From Lytechinus pictus (lineage: Eukaryota), in NCBI RefSeq assembly GCF_037042905.1, contig NC_087246.1, positions 7,998,001 through 8,062,000 of the forward strand: a DNA stretch of 64,000 bases, written 5' to 3'. The position numbers and the translations under genes were made by a program. Of this stretch, positions 28,211 through 41,973 are shown piece after piece. The stretch's first letter is position 1. Every line of letters starts with the position of its first letter. Below the pieces are notes generated by a model. That model was not told where the DNA came from, made no database searches, and worked only from the letters and a program-made list of their open reading frames with translations.

Positions 28211-30098
28211 GCAGATGCAGATTATAGCAAGCCCTACGAAAAAAGAGACTATTCAGCTTCCATTCCATTCAATCAGCTAATTTTTCTAACCAAATAATGT
28301 GGGTATTACATGTACCTATGATAATGAATTTGTGAAAAGGCAAAAATATGAATTCATGAACATGTGGTTTTAAATGTACACTGTAGATTCAGGGTTTTGT
28401 AGTTACTCCAAAGTCCAAATCGAAGGTGAGCTCATTTGGAACTTGGATCGCTAATTAGTCTTCTGTATAGTGTTTACCCTATTACACTAAACATACATGT
28501 ACCTTTGATGGAGTTAATATTGTACAGTTTTTATGCAAGGCAGATAATTAAACACTGCAATGAAAGCCTCAGTTCTAAGCCCTTTCTATTACCTGAACTG
28601 TAAAGACTTCAGCATATACTTGGGGGAAAAAACCCAATCAATAACCCCCACCTTTGATTCAAAATCCTTGGTATATGACCTCTTTTAGCGATGACCTTAT
28701 ATGACGGAGCTGATTTACGTAGAAGATACATTGTAGGCAAGCCCTGGCAACCAAGGTTGAAGTGGGATCCATGTGAGGTTTATTAATAGCTCATGAACGT
28801 AATTGTGATTTGCATGTTTATCTACTTTTCAAGTGTGTATATCTAATAACCAACCAAAAACACTTGACTTTATACATAACAAATCATTGCCTACAATACA
28901 CTAAAGCCACTAAAAATGGATAATAAAGCAAATATACTGCATGTCTTGAATTGTTTATGCTATGCTACACCTTAAGAGCTTGGTATATTGGTAAATAATG
29001 ACCAATTTTTATCTACTGTGATTCCAAGGAATAGTACCTTACATTTCAACTTCAAATGAGAAATATTAAAAATAACTGACCGATTGTACAATATAATTTC
29101 AAAAGTAATTGTACGTACATACATACACATGGGTTAAAGCAATAAAGATGTTTGCTCTGGACACAAAATGTGACCAAAGGCCCTTCTTGCTTTGTACCTG
29201 AATGCACAAAGTAAAAAAACAAAAACAAATTTCCTGGCTGAGCATGCAGGATGCCTACATGTACAGTATATGAAGTATTTATGCTGTCTGATATGAAATT
29301 GGATATTTCAGACATGGATCAGACCAAGATCACTAAGGCGACCAAGGTCCTAACGTATTGCCCATTAAACACCCCCCCCCCCCAAATAAAAAGGCCAAAA
29401 TAATATTGACTTCTCAAGGAAGCCCAGCCAGAGTGCAATGCCCCTGAGCAAAGAAGCGACCTACATTGTACACTACGCCTAATCGTACATGTAGGCCTAC
29501 ATGTACACGGAAAGGATGGCAGAAATACTGTACATGTACATTCGGTGAGAGGGAAGGATAATGATATCAAAAGAAATTGGAAGAGACTGATTGTAGAAAT
29601 ACATTTACACTGTACATGGAGAAAAGGGAGAAATAAGATGGAATGAATAAAAGTCAGGTGAGGTAAAGAAAATCTGGAGAGCCCTGGGGAGATAGGGTGG
29701 TAGGTGAAGACAAGACAGAAGATATATCCAGAATGGAGAGAGGCAGAAAACACATGAACAAGGAAAATGGAAGTAATTTGCAGCAAGCATTTAAAGGTTC
29801 AGTAAAGTTCAAATGATTGAATTCTGTGGTCAGCATATGGAAGTAGAAATTTTTAGGCCAGGCATATTTCTTTTGCAGGGACCCTTCAATACATCAGAAA
29901 GGGAGCCAGCAGTAACAGTACTACACATGCGTACATGTACAAGATGACAAGAAACATGATCAACTTGGCAAAACTAACCAGGAATAAAATTGCCCACTTT
30001 TTTACTTCTCTGGTGCTGCTGACCTGGTGCTTCTAAATATCAAAGCAAAGCTAGTAAAAGTTAGTTTCTGAACAGTTTACAGAAAATGGTATGCATAA

Positions 30099-30260
30099 TA
30101 CCTTGGTCACATTTGATCTACGGCGGCCGTACGGCGAGTCGAAAACAGCCGTTTTATTAATTTTAATTCAAACCACCTATATGTAGTTGGTACACAAAAT
30201 GTTAAAACGGCTGTTTTCGACTCGCCGTACGGCCGCCGTAGAACAAATGTGACCAAGGTA
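30099..30260. mobile_element. 162-bp Tourist/Harbinger-like hairpin MITE
   Basis: Near-perfect TIRs of about 57 bp and 3-bp TSD TAA. Confidence 0.9.
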
Positions 30261-33200
30261 TAATGCTTGGACAATCTGCTCTCTTGCAAGATTTGATAAA
30301 TGACAATGACATCACTATTCTATTACACACTACTTTTATCATCACACCTACATGTAAATAGAAGAAGGGAGATGGTGACTGTTGGCCTACTGGAGTACTG
30401 GTTATTCACACAGCTGACGACATTGTCCCTGTCTAATTAGGTTTACCAGCAATCTACTCAACACTTGGAATGATCAACAAATGTTGGATCGATTTGGGGT
30501 GTGTTCTCACAATGACCTCATTGTGATCCAATTCAGAATGATTCACACAAGTGATAGTATTTTTATTCATTTACAGGCTAAATTGCAGAACAAACAAGAT
30601 TCCCAATTGAAATTACAATGTACATGTATGCATGCCTTTTTTCTATTGTCTCACTGCATGTATTTGATTGTGATTAATAGTACATGTGCTTTGATTATTT
30701 TTTCTATTAATATCAATGAACTGTATTCAGACATTGTTTGATGTCCAATGTTAATTGAAATAGAAAGTTTTGGGGTGGGGATGGAGGGGACAATAAGAAA
30801 GAGATGGAGAGAGATAGGTGAGAGATACCAAACAATAGAAGGTCAAGTATCATACTAGACCATGGAGCTATCAAACACAATAGCTCTATGGATAGACCAT
30901 GGAGCTATAAGCTCAGTGGAAAGACCATAATGTACATCTACATAGGTTTACATCCAATCACGATAAAACTTTTGTGCACATACATGTATGCATATTAACA
31001 GAGTGGGGTGGATAAAGTTCTGTACTGGTTAGTTATCAATTATGGGTTTAAATAAGAAAAGGTCTCTAAATATTTAGAGGGAATATGTAAGATATCCTTT
31101 TCTGACTTATTTTATTAGTATGTCCTACAATTACTGAAATGAGATAGGCCTACTAGAAGAAAAGACAGATAAGCAGTACTAAGCACCCGAGGAAATAGAA
31201 ACTAGTCAACACAAAAAATTAAAGAAAATTGCATAAATACAATGGAGCTAAATTCTGAAAGGAAATCAATAAATTTACACATTGGAGGCATGTTTAGCTG
31301 CGCAGAGAAGATGCATAAAGAAGATAATTCATCCAAAGGCACAAATATCCAGAGTAAACCTCTCCGTTCAGCCAAGGTAGAAAAGATCAAGACTATGGAA
31401 GCACAAATATTAAATCAGGCTCGGCACAAGTTCCGACAGTTTTTTTTAAAATATTCATAGAAGATGACGGAGGTAGCGTGTGCACGCTGGCAGGCTGATA
31501 ACCTTACCATATGCAACCTATCGGTGACCTCAGCTTGACCAGGTTTCACAGGAATCTAGTCAGAGTGTGATGGTAGGCGGTATGTAGATATCTACAGTAC
31601 ATGTAGGCTAAATGGCTACCTTGCATTGGGATTGCAGTAGAGTATTCATTAAATGTCTGATGAGATTGTGAGAGCTTTAACAAAGCAGTAACAATTTTGA
31701 AATTTGTAATTGTAAATAATCATTAAAAATCAAATTCAAAATTATTCGAATTTCGAACTTGTACCATACATATGTTACATATGCCTTTTCTGTTTGAAAA
31801 TGATATGATATGGTTGCAGGATCACATGAAAATGGAACTGAGTTAATTTGCTACAACCTCATTTTTACCTTTCATAATTTTCATTCCTGTATTCCCCTCC
31901 CCCTCTCTCTCTCTCTCTTCTCTATTATTCTCTCTCTCTCTCCTCTCCCATAGACTTGTCAGCAACCTTATCACATCACTCGTTGCTGAGCAACCGCTCA
32001 TCAGAGTGTGAAAGTACAATTCAGATCTGGGAGAAGGAGAGAGATGTACATACTGCTGTGATTGTCGGAACGTGAAGAGAACAAATTACCCACAGTCCAA
32101 GCAAATAGAGGGCAGGCTACAAGGAATAAGTCACATTTTTACAAATGTGAGTAGAGCCACTAAATTGTCATCTAAAAATTTAAGTTATTCCATTATCGAC
32201 AAGCTCTTTGCATTCTCACCTCACTTGCAGATTGTATCTCCTCTATGGTATATTTTGCTATGACTAAAGAAGACCTAACAATCATTCTAAGATCATGGTG
32301 AATGGTTTTAAAAAACAATCATCACAGCTTACTGATTAAACAAAAATGATAAAAAATAGGTGATATATGTATTATAATCTCCTTTTCAAATTATCTGAAA
32401 GAAAGCAAAATAATGCATCACGGTTCATCCTTGTATCTCTACGTATTATATAAAGATTTACCCCCCCCCCTTCCCCCATATAATTAGAATAATTTCCCCA
32501 TATCTTTGAAAAATGTAATTAAACAAAGAAAAACAGAAGAATACAAAACACAATTGGCCTTTACTTATAAATAATAATTGATTGGTGCGAACTAATGTCT
32601 ATTATCGTGGAACATAAACAATCTTACTGAACAGTGTTTTCTACTGACTTTGTTATGTTTGCCTGCTAATTCAGGTGGAGATTTTCACAACCAAAGAGAA
32701 GGATGTAGTTTCATATTCATATCTTGCAATAAGTAATATCCAATTCAAGTGTATGAGAATGCCACTTTTATAAGCAAGTATTGACTCTATTGTATGATTG
32801 ATTGGATATCTCCAGTAAGCTCCTACTGGTTTCAAGCATCTATTCTTGGTAAATAGACTACAAGGTACATACATGTACATTAATCATTCTAATAGAATAA
32901 CCTTTTATACAGAAAAAATTGCTTCAATTAATTGAAATGGTTCTACTGATTCAACCATGTAGTATCATATTCATTAAGACTACATGTAAGTAGGAATCAA
33001 CAAACTTTTATTATATCAATTCCCCTTTCAGTCTGCAATATAAAGTTTGACTGGGGGCAAAAATTGTACAGTATGCTGCTACAACAGTGTATAGACTCTC
33101 ATTCCATGGGCATGCATGCTGAAAAATTGCCAAGAATAAAAAGGGAATGCTCAAGGTTAAAAATTTATTGATATATTCATTTCTGCATTTAAAATGTTTA

Positions 33201-33723
33201 AAAATGTACAGCACGAAGATATAGAACATCATCGCAAAATACCCAAATACAAAGTTATTAAACATGTTAATTCCATATTCTGAAAAAATATTCCCAATCA
33301 GTAAAACATTCAACTCTAATTATTGTAGGAAAGATTACTATTAAGTATTAATACTACATCAAGCTGCATGAATTGGAAGATAGGCCTACATATTGCAGTA
33401 AGCAACAATATGATGACATAAACTGCCAAGTGACAAGTTTTAGCATACAATACTTGGCTAAAGTATCTCTCAGTGATTGAGTGAGTCAATTGGGATAAAG
33501 ATAGATCCTGAATCATTCTAGATCTCACAAATTAGCTTAAGCAAACACTCATCCGATTCCTACATGCTTTTTTTTATTCATCTTGCGAACCCATCTCCAA
33601 CCCACATCCTTAGGCAAATACAATGTCTGAGAAAAAATTGTATACAACATGTAAATGTGATAAAAACTTACACAAAACACAAAAGTTACTTAAAAATAAC
33701 CAAACATGTTTGCCTTTGTCTAC

Positions 33724-34396
33724 CAGGGGCACAAATCGTCGGTGGTCATCCGAACCGTCGTATCAGTCAATTTTGAGATTTTTTTTTGCAGAAAATGAAT
33801 GCACAAGTCCAAATCTATTCATAACTAAATTTATAGGCAGCAATTCATTTTATTTTTTTAGATATAAGAGGATTTTCACGGCGATGCCATACATTTTTTT
33901 GATAAAATGCGCAAATCCCATTGGAAACGTGTACTGTAACAGAGCGATACAACGTTTTGACTGACCGCGATTTGAATGTGCGCGGTCAGCCAAACTGTCG
34001 TATCGGCCATCTGCACTGCATTGACTTTGCACGTGAAAAGCGATACGTTTCGAACTGACCACGCGCATTGAAATCGCGGTCAGGGTTGTTGTATTCCCTA
34101 GATGGCGTTTTCGTACAGGGGAAATCTAAACCGCTCAAACCGAAATTATAAGCATGTAGCTCTTTTGCGATATTTTCTCTGATCCTTGCTTTTGTGTGAA
34201 AATAAGGATACCATTGTCAAGAAATTGTCTTGGTCTTTCCAACCATGTATTTTTCCAACAATGAATATGTTGTAAGGCTGAAAAACTATTTATTATAGTA
34301 AACTTTGAAGTCGATTTTCTCTGAAATGGGTTTGCACCGCCGTTCATGTATGTGTGATACGGCAGTTCGGAAGACCGCTGACGAAATGTTTCACTA
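33724..34396. mobile_element. CpG-rich MITE with an internal second inverted repeat
   Basis: CGTCGGTGGTCATCCGAACCGTCGTATCA / TGATACGGCAGTTCGGAAGACCGCTGACG, plus an inner IR at 33961-33989 / 34055-34082. Confidence 0.65.
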
Positions 34397-35244
34397 GGGC
34401 ATTCAATTCCATGGTGACTGGTGTAGCCTCTACACCTACAATTGTGAAGATCTACATTTTGGGATGGGGGGGGGGGGGGGCTTATCAGCATTTTGGTGAG
34501 TTGAAATGTCAATTGATTGGGAGTTAATTCTACAAATGCCCCCATATGCACATGAATTAATACAATTTTGGATGTGCTACTGCCTTACACATTGTAATCT
34601 TTACATTATTTCCGTCGGATCACTTTATGTTTGAAAAAGTGGAGATTGAATGATTTTAGCACAAAAAATTCAAACACAAATTATCAAGACTAATCCTAGT
34701 ATCTGTTACAGATTTGCAGACATGGACACAAACATGTATTGTATGAAGGTACATTAAAATTATAGATTCCTTTTAATATGTTATTAGATCTTCTATCAAA
34801 CACAAATGAAATAGATACATGGTATGAAACTAAAAGTGGAAGTAATGGGATGATAGAAAGAAAGGAGAAATAGGCTTACAGTATTGGAAAACATGGGGAA
34901 ATATTTGTATATTCCCTTTTCTATACTTTATAGTTTATACTACCTTCAAAAATAACTAAATGCAGTACAGCAGACAGCAGAGATTACATAATGAAAACAG
35001 AAGTTATTGAGGTGTTGTGATGAGGAAGGAAACTGGCAAGGAAGGTTGCTGGCATTGCCATTAGGCTCATTATATACATATTAAAATCATATACTTCTCT
35101 ACAGACTACAGAGAACTTCTCAAACAAATATGATTGTAGTCCAGGAGCAAAATGATGATTGACCACAACAAGCATTTTATTTCATACCTCACTGGGAGAT
35201 GAGGACTGGCCCAAACAAAGGGCCATGAGCAGGTCAAACATTAA

Positions 35245-35643
35245 AGGTAAATGCCAGTTGTGGTAACGATTTCAAAATGAGTTCATACAGAATCCAATGA
35301 AATGACCACCAAAGTGTCCGTTTGTATAAATAAAAAGTATGTGCCAAAGGATTCTGGAAGAAATTGTGTAATTGCTGAGAAATTAGCAAATAAGCACGGG
35401 ATTCAGGTCAAGTGTCGGGCCGACATTCAAAGCAATAATAATACACTGTCCCATGTGCGCTTATCTGTGTTGGTAATCTTCGGTGTGAACATTTTTCAGC
35501 ATAGATTTCAAGATTTCACAAAGTTCAGTTTATGCAACTGTACCAGATCTAGATCCTCGATGATATAATGACAATTAAGCCTGGTTTTACAGACTTTCTC
35601 GTGAAATCAGTGTTTACTGCAACTACAGTACTTTCATTTATCT
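35245..35643. mobile_element. Kolobok-like element
   Basis: TTAA|AGGTAAATGCCAGTTG ... CAACT...CATTTATCT|TTAA. Confidence 0.55.
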
Positions 35644-35905
35644 TTAATAAAACAATAGGTGGTATTTGTAGCTGCATTTATAATGTAGCCTGTGGAGTGT
35701 GATCACACTTCAGTAATTCAATGCAGGTAATATCAAACTCACTACCAGTATTAAATTATAGCTGTATAAAATTTACACAATTCTGCAATCTGTACCTCAA
35801 TGCCAATGAGTGAAATTGTTTTAAATGTTGCACGCAACTGGAAACTGTGTTTTGAAAAGGTCAAGCAGAACAACAGCAAAAAAAGAGTTGGTATTAAATA
35901 ACTAG

Positions 35906-36457
35906 TACCCTTTTTACACAGGATTTTCTCAGCCCCGGACTATCGCTAACCCCGTACTATCCTTAACCCCGTACTATTTTTTTTCCTTTTTACACATGCC
36001 AAATTGTTATTGCTAACCCCGGATAAGGAATACTTTCTTTTCACACACGAAACTCGCTAACCCCGGACTAGTGGTTTTTGTCGATCATTCGTAGTACAAG
36101 TACTTTACTCGTACCTTTTTACACACGCTACAATTTCCTTAACCCCATACTATAGGTGGGGCCAAATTGCCATTTAGCCCCACCTATAGTACGGGGTTAA
36201 GCTTAGCCCACTTTCGTTTTACACTAGCGATCTTAACCCCGTACTATCGCTCTTAGCACCGCAATTGCTGGGATAACCCTGCTTTTTTGCAGGGCCAAAT
36301 AATCCCGTACTAAAGGTGGGGTTAGCCCACTTTGCAAAAATGCTGTGTAAAAAGAAAGTGGGCTAAGCTTAACCCCGTACTATAGGTGGGGCTAAATGGC
36401 AATTTAGCCCCACCTATAGTACCCCGTAAGGAAATTTTAGCGTGTGTAAAAAGGGTA
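35906..36457. mobile_element. PIF/Harbinger-like MITE, family A copy 2 (inverted, composite)
   Basis: TIR TACCCTTTTTACACA / TGTGTAAAAAGGGTA, TSD TAG, with an extra internal terminus at about 36112. Confidence 0.85.
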
Positions 36458-39400
36458 TAGGAGTCTGGGCCTACATGAATAGTACAAAAAATTATAGATT
36501 TGAAAAATGTTCACCAGTAATTTTCTTTACTTATGTATTTCCGAACCTTTGATTTTATTACTTACTTTACAATCACCTTTTACATTAATTAGTTAACTAA
36601 CATGTAGATTTTATATGAAGCCATTAATGCATGAACATGATTGATTGAATGACGTTCAATTACAATACATCACGTCAGTGGTACAGGCTAAGTATTCCTT
36701 TCAATTGCATTTAATGCAAAAAATGAAAAGTCCAAATTTAACCCCAAAAATGTACATGTACATGTATATTTGAAAGTTTTCATACAAATGGAAGGTATTG
36801 CTTGCACATACCAAAGAAAGCTTCTTCTTTTTTAAATCCAGATGTAAAAGTGAGGTTATTTCTTCATACCTTGTGTTCTGAATTTGCATACATGTATCCC
36901 TGTATGGGCAGTTGTATGATTATAATAAAGCATTACACTTAGACCTATATGCTACAGGAAATCAATGTGCAGCACAAGCAAAATCCATCAAAGAATACAA
37001 TATTGTCCCTGTATAAGCCTCTAAGTATGCCTGCATTGTTAACATGTAACCACAACCCTGCATTTGAGAGCAAACTTTAGAAACTTATCTTTACTTTGTG
37101 AACATTCTGATGTTGGAAACAAACAAAGAATAAAGCCAGTGCAGATCTGGTCCTGGGTGAGGGAGGGAGGGTGGCTGGTAGTGGGGGGGGGGGTACGTGA
37201 ATCTACATTTAGAGGGGAACAAAAGACAGGTTTATGTGTAGGCCTACTGTATCTATTGATCCAAGGTAAAATGGGACAAACAAAGGGATAAGTCTGTTCT
37301 TACTTCTTCTTATCTCAACCAACATGTACATTGGTGGTTAGGAGTTTAAGACAAAGAAGATTCTGATTTTTTTTCTTTACCACTCTCACACCACCCCTCC
37401 TCTCTCTTTACTTATGACTTTATGAGTGAGAAAAAAAAAAACTAAAAAGGGGGCTTAACCAGGGCATATTTGCTGTTCAGTAAAACAATGTAGAAAGTTT
37501 TGGCTAGTGATTTCAAATGGTAGGTTCTAAGCCTAGAACAAAAATATAAATGAATTCCCTGATATCTCTTTGTACATGCGGGCTTGTGTACTACATATAT
37601 TTAGGTCTGTATATGAATGACAGCAGTGGAAAAGGCCTATATATTGCTGGACTGGAGGGGAGATGTAGAAGTGACATCACCCACCCTCATAAATAAGTAA
37701 GCAAATTCTTTCTAAAAACTGCATCAAAATCAGATGCAAAAATAAGAAAGTTGGATAACACTTTAACTTTTCACTTATTTTCACAAAATTATGCACATCC
37801 TGGTCAGTATGGAAATGTGACTGATGACCCCTTTTCATTTGAATTTCAATATGAAATATGAAATATTTCAAATTTATCTTCATTGTCATGTGTCTTATTC
37901 CTCCATGAACATGTGGAATTACAAATTTTGTAGATCATTTAAGAGAGTCCTTATTAAATCTGTAAAAATTGAATTATTGTATCATTTAATAAAATACAAA
38001 AGAAAAGGCAAGTTATGTAATCAACTCTCTAATTTGCATACATGTATTGTGCATATATGCCATGCTTAATGAAAAGTAAATGAAATTTTAAAATTTTAAA
38101 GTTCTTTCTTATTTTACATCCAATTTGATGAAATTTTCAGCATTTTCTTCATCAATTCAAATCAACTTTTTTTTTTGGGGGGGGTCTTGAACTTGATACA
38201 TTGTATATGGTTTAACATTGAACTCCAGAGGAAAAGGACTATATGTCAAAGAAAATCATGTTTTTTTAAACTCAATTGTGCAGAAAACAAATTATGTAAT
38301 GTTCACTCAAATTAAGGTTACTGAAAAGTACAAATTTGCTCTGTTACATACATGTACATATGTATCATTGACAAATAAATGGAAATCAAGAATGAGCATG
38401 TTGAAAAGAAATATAGATAATTATAAATCATAAATGACAAATTCATTAATGCTGGTCAAATTTACCTAACAAAAGGGTGAGGGTTAGGATAAAAATTAGC
38501 TGTTCAATGTAAAGCCTATGTTTTAAAAAATATGATCTTTTACTGTAATTTAATCATTTCTCTTGCTCTCTCTCTCTCTCTCTCTCCACCATACATGATT
38601 GACAGATTAATGACATAGTAGTCAATGGAGCATAATTTCTATCCACTTACATGGAAGAATTCTTACAATCCTAATAATCACACTGTTGCTAACTACAGTT
38701 CACAAAGTCTTTATTTTCCAATCAAAACAAAAAACATCCTGATTGACAGCAATGCAACATCAGTTGGAATAGGCAACATACACTGATAACAAATGAAAGT
38801 ATGAAAATCTCAACATTATCAATATTGAAATTATTTGATCATTTTTTCTTCGTCTTCTTTATTTATGAGGACAGGATATGACATATGTGATGTACTGTAC
38901 AGTCTACTGTATAGTCCAGTCAATATAGGGTTTGACCCACCACTAATTGCAACACAAGATATTCCACTGCAGTGCTTTCAAGGAATGTCCCCTAAACAAC
39001 ATACTAAAAGTCCCAAGAAATCCAAGCAGTGGAAATTTATGAAATTTGCATATTATGCAAATTAGCCATAAAAAGTTAGAAAAATAAGGAAAATAGCCCA
39101 AAGATTACAAATTGAGTGTCCAAAACAATTTAATTTGAACGAAAATTCATGATAAATAACTGTATTCAATGTTTTTTGACAAAAAAAGCAAAAAAAAATC
39201 TACCTCATTTGCATAATATGCAAATAAGCATCCTTATATGTAAAAATGTCAAAGTATAATGATTTTTCTCTCATTAACTGCTTGAAAATTTCATTAATGT
39301 TGAAAGTTACATGCTGCTATCACTAAGGACGTTGAATACATTTGTATTCAGCTTAGTGTCTGTAGTGTAATTTACATATTATGCAAATACAAGTATCTAA

Positions 39401-40279
39401 CATGTTATGAATATTCAAGAAAACACACTGGTGATACATCCCTCAAAAATTGCAAGTAGATTATCTAATGAAATTGGAATATGACAATACTTTACAGGAA
39501 GGTTTCCTAAACACCATATTAAAAGTCCTTGAATATACAAGCATATAGGAAAATCACAAAATTTGCATTTTATGCAAATTAGCCACAATAGAATACAAAT
39601 AAGGAAAATAATCCAAATATTGGAAATCAAGTGCAGAAAACAATACGAATTGAACTGAAGCCCATTATAAGTTTTCCAAATTTATTTATTTTCTAAAAAA
39701 AAAAAAAAAATCATAAATAAATCTGCCTCATTTGCATATATATAGCATCTTTGTATGGAAAAAAAATCCAGAAATTTTGATTTTTCTCACAAAAACAGTT
39801 ATGAAAACATTTCAGTCTAGATCAATATGATGTGATCACTAAGAATGGCAAATACATTAGTAATTAGATCAGAAGTGTAATTTACATATTATGCAAATAA
39901 GCATCCGACATGTTATAAATATTCAAGGAACATATACGTAATACTTTCCTCGAAAATTCCATGTAAATTATGTGTATTAACCATGATGACCTTCCCTACA
40001 CTTCTTGCTTGGTTGATATTGACATTTGTCACGAGCAGTTACCCCACTCATAATTGTACAATGATGAGTCCATTCTACATGGATGCCACTGCTTGAATGC
40101 TTCATTATTTCCATCCAAGTCTTGCTCTCTTCTTGACTTTGTAGATACTTTGTGTTTCTTGCAAGTATAGTCCACGCTAGCAAGCTCATGGATTGCCAAG
40201 TGATCAGCACAAGATGTCACACCCGTACAAATAAAAGCCCATTAGCTTTGAATATTTATTTTGGTCCTTGCAGCACACC

Positions 40280-40774
40280 ACTTAGCTTATAAACTTGGGG
40301 TCCTTGTATTTAAAGCGACTAACAATAAATCTCCACCCTACATATCAGAGCTCTTATCTCAGCATAGACCAACACGCAGTCTCAGATCAGCAGATCAAGC
40401 ATTGCTGAGGGAATCTCTCAGCCACACAACCTGGGGTGACAGCCGGGGTGACAGAGCCTTCTACATCTCTGGGCCAAAGCTGTGGAATAGCCTTCCCCAA
40501 TTTATCAGGGGAGCAGAGACCCAATCAACTTTTGAGTCTTACCTGAAGACCTTTCTGTTCCCCACTCCAACATTATCCCAAGAATAACTCAATTGTAGCA
40601 TTACTAGGACAGTACTTGAACTGAATGATGATCCTAAGCACTGTTTGAAGACCATGAAGACATTGAAATTTGTGAGATATTTCCTATTTTTGAGCAAGCG
40701 CCATGAGCGCCCAGCTGAGGCGGATACCGGCGCTTTATAAGAACCCATCATCATCATCATCATCATCATCATCA
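40280..40774 (+). mobile_element. 5'-truncated L2/CR1-group LINE 3' end nested in the Academ-like element
   Basis: YKLGVLVFKA...PPYISELL...RSLRS...GDRAFYISGPKLWNSLP...FESYLKTFLF is the typical ORF2 C-terminus. Ends in a (CAT)n tail. Confidence 0.85.
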
Positions 40775-41626
40775 CTTGTCTTGGTGGTGAATATGAGTAC
40801 TTGCTTGGATCACAAGATCTCTGGGCATGCTTGATAAGAGTAACAATGGGCATTTGCCTATACGAGCGACATGAAAGCCATTCATAAATTCATGATGAAG
40901 GCTTAAAGTGCATTATAGGCATCTTTCTCAGATACAGGAATCGTGATTAGACGTTCTTGCTGAATCCAGTTGCTGCTTCATGATGGAGCATCAATTTTCT
41001 GTTCTTTCCTCTTTGATAAATCTCCTATGGCAACCATCTCCAAATATTAAAGCTATAGTTTCTAAGTAAGTCGTATGCAAATAATAATATTAATTTCCTG
41101 ATATTTATGGTAAACAGAAATTCCTCAGTGAGAAAATGAACAAACCAGATGGAGAACTAAGCCAGATTATTGCCTTTCCAACAAGAGGACACAACATAAT
41201 GGAACACCCTTAACATCACCATCAAATACCATCCAACACTGATTAGACAGTGTGTACCACTTCCAGGATTTATTTGCCACAATGTGTCACTCATGGGTAT
41301 ACTGTGAGGTTATCCAGAGGAATAAACCTTTAAGTAATTATGGTACGACTAAGGATGTTCTTCTAGAGGAATACTGACTTTAATAGTGTCAATGTGTCAT
41401 GCAGATGTACTTTGGACAATCATACAACTCTCTGTACTGAGATCCGCCAAGTCGAGCATAGGAGACTGAATGCCAATCAAGAGGACTTTAACAAGAACAC
41501 ACCGTTAACCACGTCTTCTTCCGACACAAGTTGCCTCAATGAGACAATGGACATAAGTTGTGTCGGAAGATGTCAAGAGTTTTAGAGAAAGGTTAGGACG
41601 GCTTGCACATTTTAGAGCTCCAAAAG

Positions 41627-41699
41627 CACTAGCGTACCTACGGGGGGGGGCAGGGGGGGCACTCTGCCCCCCCCCCCCCCTGACGAGATTTTGAAGACC

Positions 41700-41730
<31 letters not shown>

Positions 41731-41776
41731 TGTCAAATTTTTTCTGGTACGAAAATCTTTATTTTGTATTGATGAC

Positions 41777-41817
<41 letters not shown>

Positions 41818-41863
41818 TGTCAAATTTTTTCTGGTACGAAAATCTTTATTTTGTATTGATGAC

Positions 41864-41913
<50 letters not shown>

Positions 41914-41973
41914 TGTCAAATTTTTGGGCGGCCAATTTTGCCCCCCCTGTGAAAAATCCTAGGTACGCCACTG
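41627..41973. mobile_element. hAT-like MITE with internal poly-T tandem units
   Basis: TIR CACTAGCGTACCTA / TAGGTACGCCACTG, perfect 8-bp TSD TCCAAAAG, internal tandem units of about 90 bp. Confidence 0.85.
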
